From a virus, in the IMG/VR virus record IMGVR_UViG_3300009008_000005, positions 116,826-180,825 of that record: a DNA stretch of 64,000 nt; one strand, written 5' to 3'. The notes under the pieces were generated by a model. The model worked only from the letters and a program-made list of their open reading frames with translations. It did not search any database and was not told the DNA's origin. How positions within the stretch are numbered: the first letter of the stretch is position 1; each line of letters starts with the position of its first letter. Positions 8,868 to 17,577 of the stretch are shown here, in pieces. The position numbers were made by a program, and so were the translations under genes.

Positions 8868-9050
8868 ACATTATAAAAGTCCATTTTAGGTAACTCCCCT
8901 AACGGGGTAGCACTATAAGCTCTATTTTTTCCTTGGGTGGTCAATCGGAATCTCGTCATGCTTACTTTGTAGATCGCCAGGTTTGCTGAGTCAAGTAAAA
9001 AATTTGAGGCATAAGACAAGTGCGGGTAGAATAGACGCTCGGAGGTGCAC

Positions 9051-9320
9051 ATGGATCCGTACGTAAAGCACATTGTTTTCGAGGCGTTAGCTCTAGGATT
9101 CGCATCGGTTGGGAGCCGTGTGAAAAATCTTGAGGAGCGCCTGAATAAGCGTCTTATACTAAAAAACGAGCGTATCGTGCGTCAAAGTCTACGTACTCAC
9201 CTGGAGGATAGTACGTTGGTTGGAAAGATCTTCATCCTCGCATCCACGACGTGTGAGTCACTGCTCCTATTGTCCCGCAGATGTTCTAAAGTTGCAGACG
9301 CAGCCGCAGAACGGATATAG
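9051..9320 (+). CDS. hypothetical protein (89 aa)
   Basis: CATAAG box at 9010 and GGAGGT SD. Confidence 0.55.
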   Translation: MDPYVKHIVFEALALGFASVGSRVKNLEERLNKRLILKNERIVRQSLRTHLEDSTLVGKIFILASTTCESLLLLSRRCSKVADAAAERI

Positions 9321-9350
9321 TCCTGAGCCGTTACACCCAAGGAGGTTAGT

Positions 9351-10202
9351 ATGGCCTACGTACTACTGCTCGCCCTAGCACTGGGGGAATTCGGGTCCCC
9401 ACACAATGATCCCGTTGAACTTGCGAGGCACTTCGTAGAGGCAGGCGAGGTCTCCGGTGAAAATCCGTTCCTCCTCGCAGCGGTAGCCATCTATGAATCC
9501 AGGCTAGACAATGATGAGGTCAGCAAGAAGAACGCATGTTGCATGATGCAGGTTCTGGGAGGGCGGTACGGAAATCCCTCTTGCAGTGCGATGCAGAATG
9601 ATCTGTCCCTGTGTGTCCACATTGGGGCGAGAGAACTTTCCGAGTGGAGAGCCTATAGAGGCGCTGAGACCGACGAGAACACCTTATGCCACTACAACTG
9701 TGGGTGTGTGTGCTCCAGTAATTCCCGTAAGATGTATGTCAGCGGAGTACTATGGTGGAGGGACTTCCTGTATGCAGTGGCCACGCACACCCCGAAGTCT
9801 AGAATAACGTGCACGATCCGTATCCAAGAGAAGGAAGGCGTACTAGAAGCTACGGACTCTGCGTATATCTGGAACGAAGCTATAGCCGGACATGACCGGC
9901 CTAAAATTCGGAACTATGAGGAGCACGTGAAGAAAGACTTGAAGCTCAGGCTCAAGTATCGTACATGTAACTTGAAGCATGTCGGAGCCTGGAATGGGAA
10001 GAGATACTTGCACGAGCGCTCTCCGGCCTTCGCATGCCTCACATCTTCAAGGACCTATGCGTGTGAGGAGGAGGTCTACTATGCAAGCCATGACCAGGCG
10101 GTGCAGGTTGCGCAGGAGACCCTTGAGTGGCGTAGAGAAGCGCTACAGAGAATATGGGCTGGAACATTCCTCACATTCCTGGGACTTACAACACAGGGGT
10201 AA
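9351..10202 (+). CDS. lytic transglycosylase (SLT)-like domain plus unknown C-terminal domain (283 aa)
   Basis: hydrophobic N-terminus; LLAAVAIYES (catalytic Glu position), MMQV, IGARELS, HYN motifs. Confidence 0.6.
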   Translation: MAYVLLLALALGEFGSPHNDPVELARHFVEAGEVSGENPFLLAAVAIYESRLDNDEVSKKNACCMMQVLGGRYGNPSCSAMQNDLSLCVHIGARELSEWRAYRGAETDENTLCHYNCGCVCSSNSRKMYVSGVLWWRDFLYAVATHTPKSRITCTIRIQEKEGVLEATDSAYIWNEAIAGHDRPKIRNYEEHVKKDLKLRLKYRTCNLKHVGAWNGKRYLHERSPAFACLTSSRTYACEEEVYYASHDQAVQVAQETLEWRREALQRIWAGTFLTFLGLTTQG

Positions 10203-10205
10203 GCC

Positions 10206-10841
10206 ATGGCTAGTGCGGGCCTGAAACAACTACTCGGGCCCTCTGGCGAGGCGGACTTCATAGTCCTCGTCCAGGAGCCACTGATCGTGTCCAACGGACA
10301 GTGGATACTCACAGACAAGGCCGCTAAGAAGACACTCCCCAAGATGACAGAGCTTTGGCGGAAGAATGTCTTGAAGACCGCCGAGCAGGGTCAGATATCA
10401 CTTGTAGACCTGAACCCTGTGGTCGTCGGCCAGTTCGCTACGGAGGTGGCTAAGGGGAAGCGACCCTGCATCTATTGCAAGGGAGCTAACCTATTCACGG
10501 CCACCTTTGACCCAGGGGAGCAACAGGTCACTCTAGCCTATAGGTCCTTCCTGGAATTCGAACGGACCAGCATCCTACTACGTAGACCTCTTCACCACTC
10601 CACAGGTGCCTACCTGACTAAGGATGGTGAGCCCATGGCCTACTCCTGGTCATTCATGCATCCCACCTCACACACAATCTGGATCTGGGCACCCTACGTC
10701 TCACTGATGGCACGAGTCGGAGCGGTCGCCTTTGAGTACAACCCTGAGAATAAAAGGGTTGTGATCATGAAAAACAAGTACGACCACACCGTGGGCATGG
10801 TCGGCCTCTACGACCTCGATCCAGACAAAGAAAGCCTCTAG
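10206..10841 (+). CDS. hypothetical protein (211 aa)
   Basis: long ORF in operon; one CIYC pair. Confidence 0.65.
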   Translation: MASAGLKQLLGPSGEADFIVLVQEPLIVSNGQWILTDKAAKKTLPKMTELWRKNVLKTAEQGQISLVDLNPVVVGQFATEVAKGKRPCIYCKGANLFTATFDPGEQQVTLAYRSFLEFERTSILLRRPLHHSTGAYLTKDGEPMAYSWSFMHPTSHTIWIWAPYVSLMARVGAVAFEYNPENKRVVIMKNKYDHTVGMVGLYDLDPDKESL

Positions 10842-10865
10842 TACAAATCCAAGTACTTTTCTCGT

Positions 10866-10871
10866 TATAAG
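10866..10871 (+). promoter_or_regulatory. TATAAG putative phage promoter box
   Basis: intergenic, upstream of the Ubl gene. Confidence 0.5.
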
Positions 10872-10948
10872 AAGATTGAATCCTGGGCCACTAGTTGGTG
10901 GTCCGTGTGCACGGATTTGCCATAACTATCCTCTCAAGGAGGGAACAT

Positions 10949-11161
10949 ATGATCTGCAAGGTCATGCGTATCGGCAGCGGGACCCGTGAGGTCGAGATCC
11001 CGGACGGCTCGGCCGTCCGCAACGCCCTGACGGCGGCTCAGTTCGAGACCCGAGGCGCCTCCGTCTCCGTGAATGGCATCGAGGCCACCATGGACACGGC
11101 ACTGCAGGACGGCGACACCGTCAGTCTCGTGGCGAAGGTCGAGGGCGGCACCTCCGTCTAG
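10949..11161 (+). CDS. ubiquitin-like beta-grasp protein (ThiS/MoaD/prokaryotic Ubl), 70 aa, ends GG-TSV
   Basis: AAGGAGG SD; VEIPDGSAVRNAL...VSVNG...LQDGDTVSLVAKVEGG beta-grasp signature. Confidence 0.85.
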   Translation: MICKVMRIGSGTREVEIPDGSAVRNALTAAQFETRGASVSVNGIEATMDTALQDGDTVSLVAKVEGGTSV

Positions 11162-11199
11162 GGGGACCATACTCGTCTCGCTCCGATGAAGGAACATGT

Positions 11200-11227
11200 G
11201 GGGGAGGGGGGTTCGCCTCCCTCCCCC
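11200..11227 (+). terminator. stable TTCG-loop hairpin after the Ubl gene
   Basis: GGGGGAGGGGGG-ttcg-CCTCCCTCCCCC; no long T tail. Confidence 0.55.
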
Positions 11228-11304
11228 TAAGTTTCTCCCTAAAAGTATACCCATAAGTGGGATTATCTATATGTGTCTTGGGATGGATGGACAAGGAGGC
11301 AAGA

Positions 11305-12819
11305 ATGCCAGCAGGAGTTCAAGCAACCCGCCTACACGCCGACATGGTGTCGGTCTTGGGGGAACTCTCCTCTGAGATGAATGTAGGCATCCGAGCGGAG
11401 ACGGTGAATCTCTCTCGGTTCTTCTCGCAATTCCCCGGAACGGAGGGCGACAGCGTCAGGCTGTTCTTCCACAACGGGGAGCGTGGAACGCAGCAGGAGT
11501 TCAGCTTCGTCGTGGACGGAACTGAGTGCAAGGTCAAATTCGCCATGGCCCAGCACAATCCGAACCTCTTCGAGGAAGGGGTCGAAACCCAGCTGCGGAT
11601 CCCTGTCGGTGGCGGCGAATCCACAGACCTGATCGGTGTCTACGGAGGGACACAGATCATGTTCGGTGCAGACCTCAACAACCTCTTCACACACCCGGAA
11701 TACATCGAGGGAGATGTGACGGCCAAGGACTTGGCCAAGCACATCCTGAAGAGTGCCCTCTCCGGAATCATGGACAGCATCGAGAACCGTGGGCGGGAGG
11801 AGTTCGCAGACACCCTCATGACCATGTACAGGGCGAGCGTGGCCCTGTGGCGGGAGACCATCACGAACAACGACGCCTCGATCGACAACCACCTGCGCCA
11901 GCTGAGCGAGCTGTACACTCGCAACCAGGCCACTCGGGCGCAGATCAACGCCTTCGACGGCACCATGCAGACCGCACGGGACAAGGCGAAGGAGGAGTAC
12001 GAGAAGCTCGTCCGACTGGTTGGAACCTCCTTGGAGGAAGTCCAGGTCGTCAACCGGCGTCTGCAGCTCCGTACGTCGGAAATGCACATCGAGTACGACG
12101 GGATCGATTACAACATCGGCCGAATCGTGATCGACACCCCCATCCTCGGCAACTCTGGCGAGGTGACAATGTTCAGCTACGACGGCAGGGACCAGAACGG
12201 ATGCGCCCACCCGCACGTCAGCGGTGGTCGGGTCTGCTGGGGAAACGTGGGAGGCACGATCACGGAAGCGCTCTCCACAGGGGAAGTGCTCCAGGCTGTG
12301 TTGGCCATGCTCGCCTACCTCCAGTCGTACAACTCCGAGGATGCCTACACGGACATCCAGAACTGGGGCGATGCCTACGACCGTAACCAGGCCTGTCGTG
12401 AAGACCACAGCACGGATGAGTGCGCTCGCTGCGACAGTGAGGAGTGCCCATATCGGGAGGAGAGCCGACAGGAGTGCTTCGACGACCACACCCGTGACGA
12501 GTGTATCCGCTGCAACTCCTGTCCCCTCGCAAATGAAGCGGCAGAGAACTGCCTACGTGAACTGCTCTCGACCAACACTCTCGGTAGGTGCATGGAAACT
12601 TGCACCGTCAACACGTGCAGATTCTTCCGGAACCCTGTTCGCTGCAGAAACGTCATCGGATCCTGTCCGACTGCTTGCACTGCTGACACCTCGTGCTATC
12701 GACACCCGTCGTATTCTTCGGGTGACCCCGGCGGTGGTGGAAGTTCAGAGATCTCTGTGAGCCGCAACATGAGCATCACCGGAAGCGGTGACCAGTTCGA
12801 CATCGTGAGGAGGGCCTAA
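11305..12819 (+). CDS. prokaryotic E2 (UBC-like) domain protein with N-terminal/coiled-coil region and C-terminal Cys-rich repeats (504 aa)
   Basis: AAGGAGG SD; HPHVSGGRVCWG (His302...Cys311) matches the E2 HPN/H...C catalytic motif; sits between Ubl and JAB. Confidence 0.75.
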   Translation: MPAGVQATRLHADMVSVLGELSSEMNVGIRAETVNLSRFFSQFPGTEGDSVRLFFHNGERGTQQEFSFVVDGTECKVKFAMAQHNPNLFEEGVETQLRIPVGGGESTDLIGVYGGTQIMFGADLNNLFTHPEYIEGDVTAKDLAKHILKSALSGIMDSIENRGREEFADTLMTMYRASVALWRETITNNDASIDNHLRQLSELYTRNQATRAQINAFDGTMQTARDKAKEEYEKLVRLVGTSLEEVQVVNRRLQLRTSEMHIEYDGIDYNIGRIVIDTPILGNSGEVTMFSYDGRDQNGCAHPHVSGGRVCWGNVGGTITEALSTGEVLQAVLAMLAYLQSYNSEDAYTDIQNWGDAYDRNQACREDHSTDECARCDSEECPYREESRQECFDDHTRDECIRCNSCPLANEAAENCLRELLSTNTLGRCMETCTVNTCRFFRNPVRCRNVIGSCPTACTADTSCYRHPSYSSGDPGGGGSSEISVSRNMSITGSGDQFDIVRRA

Positions 12820-14024
12820 TGACGGGTACGACAACAACGAAGCCTACCGGAACCACCAACACGACCGGGAGCCGGGTGAACCCGGACCTGGTCAAGCCTC
12901 ACGTCTATATCATGCCCCGTGCCGATGCCAAGATCTGGCACTGGGTCCGAATGGCGACAGGTGAGGTCTCCGGCCTCGGCCTGGTCGACGTGATCGACGG
13001 ACAGATGGTCGTGTCCGATGTCTTCCTGCCCAAGCAGGAGTGCACCTCGGCGGACACGGACCTGGACCAGCAGGCGGTGGCACAGCTCATGATGGAGCTG
13101 GACAACGAAGGCGTGGACCTGGGGAAGCTCCGGTTCTGGTGGCATAGCCATGCCGACATGGAGGTGTTCTGGAGCGGGACTGACACGGGTACCATGCAGG
13201 AGCTGAGCGGGGGCGACACGTTCCTCCTCTCGATGGTCGTCAACAAGAAGCACGACCGGAAGCTCCGGGTGGACATGTTCAACCCCTTCAACATGATCCT
13301 CGACAACCTCGGGGCCAGCGTCCTCGACCTCTCCGATGAGGAGCTGAAGGAGGAGTGCAAGAAGGCGTTCGACGAGAACGTCTCCGAGGGCTACTCCGGC
13401 TACTACTCTGGGTCGACCCACAACCGCAGCGGCGGACGGTCCTCCACCAATGCCACCCACTCGGTCACCTCCGCCACACGGAGGAAGATTGGGTTTCAGG
13501 CAGGGAAAACGCCCACCTCGCAGATCTCGGTCTGGAATTCCAAGGACGGAGTGTGGGAGGACCACTACACGTACGCCGAGGGGGAGCCGAAGATCGTCAC
13601 GTCGTCGGGTTCGGTCGTCGGAGTAGGTGCGTACCTCTCCAAGGAGGCCGAGGCCATCGCAGAACTCGCCCACGAGGAAGGGTGGGGAAGCTGCATCGAG
13701 CAGCGTGGTGACGAGGACGCCAACGAGGTCGCTCCCATCGAGCCCGAGGAACCCACCGATGAGGACGAGGAGATCACGTACAAGAAGGTGGACGACATCA
13801 CGGACCTGGTCTGCGACGCCTGCGGGAACTACGTGCTGGCCCTCGACCCCGAGGACATGATCACGATGGAGGGTCCCAAGGGCACGAACCCGCTGAAGCG
13901 GCAGGACATCACCCTGTACTGCGCAGACTGCGGCGAGGCACACCACGTGAACGTCCTGATGAAGTACGTCGATGGGGAGTGGATCCCCAAGCAGTGGGTG
14001 GAGGGAATCCATGTCGAAGCCTGA
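12819..14024 (+). CDS. JAB/MPN+ (JAMM) metallopeptidase with C-terminal zinc ribbons (401 aa)
   Basis: GEVSGLG glutamate plus HSHADMEVFWSGTD = H-x-H-x7-S-x2-D; CDACG and CADCG; TAATG coupling to E2. Confidence 0.88.
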   Translation: MTGTTTTKPTGTTNTTGSRVNPDLVKPHVYIMPRADAKIWHWVRMATGEVSGLGLVDVIDGQMVVSDVFLPKQECTSADTDLDQQAVAQLMMELDNEGVDLGKLRFWWHSHADMEVFWSGTDTGTMQELSGGDTFLLSMVVNKKHDRKLRVDMFNPFNMILDNLGASVLDLSDEELKEECKKAFDENVSEGYSGYYSGSTHNRSGGRSSTNATHSVTSATRRKIGFQAGKTPTSQISVWNSKDGVWEDHYTYAEGEPKIVTSSGSVVGVGAYLSKEAEAIAELAHEEGWGSCIEQRGDEDANEVAPIEPEEPTDEDEEITYKKVDDITDLVCDACGNYVLALDPEDMITMEGPKGTNPLKRQDITLYCADCGEAHHVNVLMKYVDGEWIPKQWVEGIHVEA

Positions 14025-14697
14025 GATCGACACCACCATCTACTGGCGGCAGATGGACGTGCTGCCCATGAAGAAGGTCCTCTCGGTCCCCGTCACCGTC
14101 GTCGGTGCGGGGGCCATCGGGAAGGCCATGGTCGAGGTCCTCTCCGGGATGGGGATCAACGACATCACCGTGTTCGATGCGGACAGCGTCGAGCCCCACA
14201 ACCTTCCCAACCAGGGCTACCGGCCCTGCGACGTCGGGAAGCCGAAAGTCGAGGCGCTGGCCGAGATCGTGGAGGCCCTCACGGGATTCAAGATCAAAGG
14301 CATGAACGAGTGGTTCACGGACCAGAAGGTGTCCGAGATCACCGTGTGCGCAGTCGATAGCATGGACACGAGGATGAAGCTCTGGGAGGCCATAGCTCCC
14401 CAGCTCCCGAAGCTCTACATCGACATGCGGATGGGAGCTGAGATCGGGCAGATCTTCTATGTGAACCCGTGGAGTCCCGGCTCCAAGCGGCAGTACGAAG
14501 CGAACCTGTTCCCGAGCGATGAGGCCGTCGAGGCACCATGCACGGAGAGGGCGACCAAGTACTGTGCGACGGGTATCACGTCATTCGCAGCGGGCGGGGT
14601 GGCGAACTACCTCCGTGGTGAGGCGCTTCGTCCGCTCGTGCTGGACTTCAGGTGCGGTCAGGTCATCGATCTTCCGAAGGCCACCGAGAAGCCTTGA
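14011..14697 (+). CDS. E1/ThiF-family adenylating enzyme (228 aa)
   Basis: VVGAGAIG, DADSVEPHNLPNQ, VGKPKV, AVDSMDTR, IDMRMG; candidate catalytic Cys in EAPCTERA. Confidence 0.9.
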   Translation: MSKPEIDTTIYWRQMDVLPMKKVLSVPVTVVGAGAIGKAMVEVLSGMGINDITVFDADSVEPHNLPNQGYRPCDVGKPKVEALAEIVEALTGFKIKGMNEWFTDQKVSEITVCAVDSMDTRMKLWEAIAPQLPKLYIDMRMGAEIGQIFYVNPWSPGSKRQYEANLFPSDEAVEAPCTERATKYCATGITSFAAGGVANYLRGEALRPLVLDFRCGQVIDLPKATEKP

Positions 14698-14710
14698 GTC
14701 CTCCATCCCA

Positions 14711-14732
14711 GGGGACCCCTTCGGGGGTCCCC
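14711..14732 (+). terminator. C(UUCG)G tetraloop hairpin ending the Ubl-system operon
   Basis: GGGGACCCC-ttcg-GGGGTCCCC. Confidence 0.65.
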
Positions 14733-14759
14733 GGAGTAGGGGAAACCTATATTTTATGC

Positions 14760-14765
14760 TATAAG
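14760..14765 (+). promoter_or_regulatory. TATAAG putative phage promoter box
   Basis: 29 nt upstream of the SD-led ATG at 14789. Confidence 0.5.
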
Positions 14766-14788
14766 GATAGTCCATAGGCGGAGGTAAT

Positions 14789-15457
14789 ATGACTGAGCAA
14801 GAAATCATCCAATTCGTTCACAGGCTTGAACTGCCCAAAATCACTACGGATACCGGGTGGGGAATCAGCATCAAGGTAAGCAAGATCTGCCCAGAAGAGC
14901 TGCAGGAGGAAGTCCGTGTCCTATTGTTCCTAACGAATGAGCTACTGTCCAAAGATGTGGACATGACTCTTGGCTCTGCCCCAATGCAGTTCTTCGGGAA
15001 GTTCGCACAGATCTTCGGAGAGATGTCTGGTGGTATTCAAGCGGCCACAGATAACCGGCAGGACATGCTGGTCGTGGACACGGAAGACCTCCCAGATGAT
15101 GCAGACCCTGAAGAGATCTTCAGGGTAATGCAGTCGGCAGTAAAGGAGGCACTGAAGAGTTCACTCTTCCAGCTGTGCAACCCTGAGGAGCCTCGCATCC
15201 TCCTTCACAACCCTCCCTTCGTCATCAAGATCCACGAAGGCTCCGTAACCGTAGAGCTTATCCCGAACGTCGTGCTCAATGCTCTGGACTATCCGTCCGT
15301 CGAAGAGCTGTCTTCTGAACTCACAGAGCTGTGGCTCAACTCCAACTTCGTCGGAATCGTGAGTCTCATCTGGGCACTGCAGGCTTTCGACAAGCTGCAC
15401 TCCAAGTTCGCTGAGTTATCTATGAAATGGGCAGCTCCGCAGGTCCTGAATAGCTAG
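14789..15457 (+). CDS. hypothetical protein (222 aa)
   Basis: GGAGGT SD; long ORF. Confidence 0.7.
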   Translation: MTEQEIIQFVHRLELPKITTDTGWGISIKVSKICPEELQEEVRVLLFLTNELLSKDVDMTLGSAPMQFFGKFAQIFGEMSGGIQAATDNRQDMLVVDTEDLPDDADPEEIFRVMQSAVKEALKSSLFQLCNPEEPRILLHNPPFVIKIHEGSVTVELIPNVVLNALDYPSVEELSSELTELWLNSNFVGIVSLIWALQAFDKLHSKFAELSMKWAAPQVLNS

Positions 15458-15501
15458 TATTTCACCGAAATACTGCACGCTCCGACACCCCTAAAAATCG
15501 G

Positions 15502-15507
15502 TATAAG
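15502..15507 (+). promoter_or_regulatory. TATAAG putative phage promoter box
   Basis: GGTATAAGAG, 36 nt upstream of the SD-led ATG at 15538. Confidence 0.5.
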
Positions 15508-15537
15508 AGATATAGAAGCCTGGTAAAGGAGGTCTTC

Positions 15538-16158
15538 ATGCAGCTGCACCAGTGCGTGAACTGGAAGGAGCTTCTCGCTGGGAGGGTAGAGACCGGGCGG
15601 TCAGTGTTCTACGCCCTGCAGAGTGATTCCGATGAGTTCATATTCGTTCCCGCAACAATGCAACGGGCAGCGGTGTTTCCGCTGGTACTTCGAGGGCGTG
15701 ACTCGCCCTCGCTACACGGTTCTGCGCTAACGTGGAAATTCATCGAACGAGATATGGGGTTGGGCCAGTCCGAAGTGCAGTCTCTGCTACTCTTCGGGTT
15801 GATCGGACTCTCTTCAAAGCTGAAAACTGATGAGGGAGCAAATGTAGGAGAAATACTCTCGGAGGCGCTGCCCTTCGACGTCGAGTTCAGTGAGGATACA
15901 AATGACTTGGAGCCATTCTCCAGACTGGGTGCACCTGCATGGATGATGCGGGTTGCTACCAGGCACCAGCTGGGGGTCAAGGAGATCGACATGAAGGGGC
16001 TGGTGACGGCCCTGCTACCTACACCATTGGAAGTGAGCACGAGATCTGACTGGGGATATGACACCCGGAGCGAAGTGCTGCTGCTTGCGCATGGGGTAGA
16101 CTGGAGTACGATGGACTTTCTCCGGGAGAGGAACATCGGAGTGTGGTACCGCCGGTAA
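15538..16158 (+). CDS. hypothetical protein (206 aa)
   Basis: AAGGAGGT SD. Confidence 0.7.
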   Translation: MQLHQCVNWKELLAGRVETGRSVFYALQSDSDEFIFVPATMQRAAVFPLVLRGRDSPSLHGSALTWKFIERDMGLGQSEVQSLLLFGLIGLSSKLKTDEGANVGEILSEALPFDVEFSEDTNDLEPFSRLGAPAWMMRVATRHQLGVKEIDMKGLVTALLPTPLEVSTRSDWGYDTRSEVLLLAHGVDWSTMDFLRERNIGVWYRR

Positions 16159-16202
16159 CGGTGGGGAGGGGGCCCAGTCCCCTCCCTTACTCGGGAGGAT
16201 GG

Positions 16203-17108
16203 ATGAAGAAGAACGTCGTAGAATGCGATGGGACCAAGGTCCTGATTGAGCAGATACGTGGGGAGTCCGTGAACGACATCCCACGAAACGTGTACAGAGA
16301 TCCGGACACGATGGATGTATGGGACGCAGATACTATCCCCCCTGTAGGTAAAGGTCACACCTACACCGCCGTCGCCAGGATGACATATAGGAACCAGGGT
16401 AGAATCTTCGACAACGATGACCCTGTCTACCTTGTTACGAACAAGCTCCGTGCCTGGGACGAGGAGTCAATGCCGTTGCTGGATACCTGTGGGGCCCTAC
16501 CTGCCCAGGTTGTGGCCAACTCCACAATGAAGAAAACGATAAGTGGTTTGCGGCCGGGTGCAGTGAAAGAGTCTGTCCTCATTCCCGCTGCGACCTTTGC
16601 ACACTTCTTGAGCGTAGGGGAATCCGAAGGCTGGGACATCACTGTTGCAGAGTGGGATAAGGATACCCAGTGGGAAGCAGAAGAACTTCTGAAGAGAGTT
16701 GAAGGCGGTGACAAGTCCGATGAGAGTGTGGAGGAGCTGCGTAGACTTGCAGTGATCGCTGCAAATACCGATGACCCTGGATACATGGACGACGCAGGGA
16801 GGAGACTATCTCTGAGGCCTGTAGTGGCGAAGATAGAGGCCGCTCTCCGGGGGCGCAAGGTGTCCAAGCGAGATAGGATACGGTATGCAGAATTCCTGCT
16901 AGGTGAGATGCGGAAGGCATTCGACTGGGCGAAGGAGGCTCATCTTGAAGGGGCTACCATTGTCGTCACACTACAAAAAGGAACGCTGAGAATGGATGCG
17001 GATGCCATCGCTTACCAGTCCGAGGAGCTGTTCGATTCTAAGGCAGCGATACCTGCGCAAGGTAGTCGCCTAAGTCGTCTTGCGAAGAAGTCGGGTAGTG
17101 TTTCTTAG
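16203..17108 (+). CDS. hypothetical protein (301 aa)
   Basis: GGGAGG SD before ATG 16203; long ORF. Confidence 0.7.
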   Translation: MKKNVVECDGTKVLIEQIRGESVNDIPRNVYRDPDTMDVWDADTIPPVGKGHTYTAVARMTYRNQGRIFDNDDPVYLVTNKLRAWDEESMPLLDTCGALPAQVVANSTMKKTISGLRPGAVKESVLIPAATFAHFLSVGESEGWDITVAEWDKDTQWEAEELLKRVEGGDKSDESVEELRRLAVIAANTDDPGYMDDAGRRLSLRPVVAKIEAALRGRKVSKRDRIRYAEFLLGEMRKAFDWAKEAHLEGATIVVTLQKGTLRMDADAIAYQSEELFDSKAAIPAQGSRLSRLAKKSGSVS

Positions 17109-17142
17109 AGGGGTGAACTTTTTTCTTGAGTATCCTAAGCTT

Positions 17143-17148
17143 TATAAG
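17143..17148 (+). promoter_or_regulatory. TATAAG putative phage promoter box
   Basis: in the AT-rich intergenic region heading the ParB/AAA operon. Confidence 0.45.
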
Positions 17149-17282
17149 ACTATTATAGAGCAGAAAAAAATAGTGAGAGCGTACATATTAGGGAAGGGCC
17201 CCAGACCGGACCTAAAAATATTTCAATGAAATACTGGTTGACCTGGGGGCATACTGGTGTAGATTGGACTGGAGGTACCCGC

Positions 17283-17567
17283 ATGCAAGAGTTCAGGAAG
17301 GTAGCAAGAGCTTCCTGCGAAGAAGCCTTGGGTAAAGCCAAGGAACTTCTCAATGAGCTATCTGACATCAATCAAGTCCTGCACATCATCGACAAGTCCA
17401 CCTTCGGACTCCTGGAGTTCGGTGAGATGCAGGTGAAGGTCGAGCATGGTGTCCACAGGGGAAGTACCTTCCCCGTGGAGAAGATCCAGATCGATAACGA
17501 ATCCGGTATAACACTTTGGGCGGACATCAACGACCGTCCGCAGAAGGTCAAGGGACATCTACTCTAG
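17283..17567 (+). CDS. hypothetical protein (94 aa)
   Basis: GGAGGT SD before MQEFRK; an alternative start exists at 17226. Confidence 0.6.
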   Translation: MQEFRKVARASCEEALGKAKELLNELSDINQVLHIIDKSTFGLLEFGEMQVKVEHGVHRGSTFPVEKIQIDNESGITLWADINDRPQKVKGHLL

Positions 17568-17577
17568 GAGGGTACTG

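Noticed and set aside
11332-14039. Long - strand ORFs (385 aa and 407 aa) opposite E2 and JAB
   Set aside because: Antisense shadows with V/L/D/H-rich composition typical of reverse-complemented GC3-rich codons; the + strand carries the catalytic motifs.
10949-14697. ThiS/ThiF or MoaD/MoeB cofactor biosynthesis
   Set aside because: An E2-like gene lies in the operon, the E1 lacks the ThiF/MoeB CxxC pairs, and no thiG, thiI or moa genes are present. Sulfur transfer is not formally excluded without an assay.
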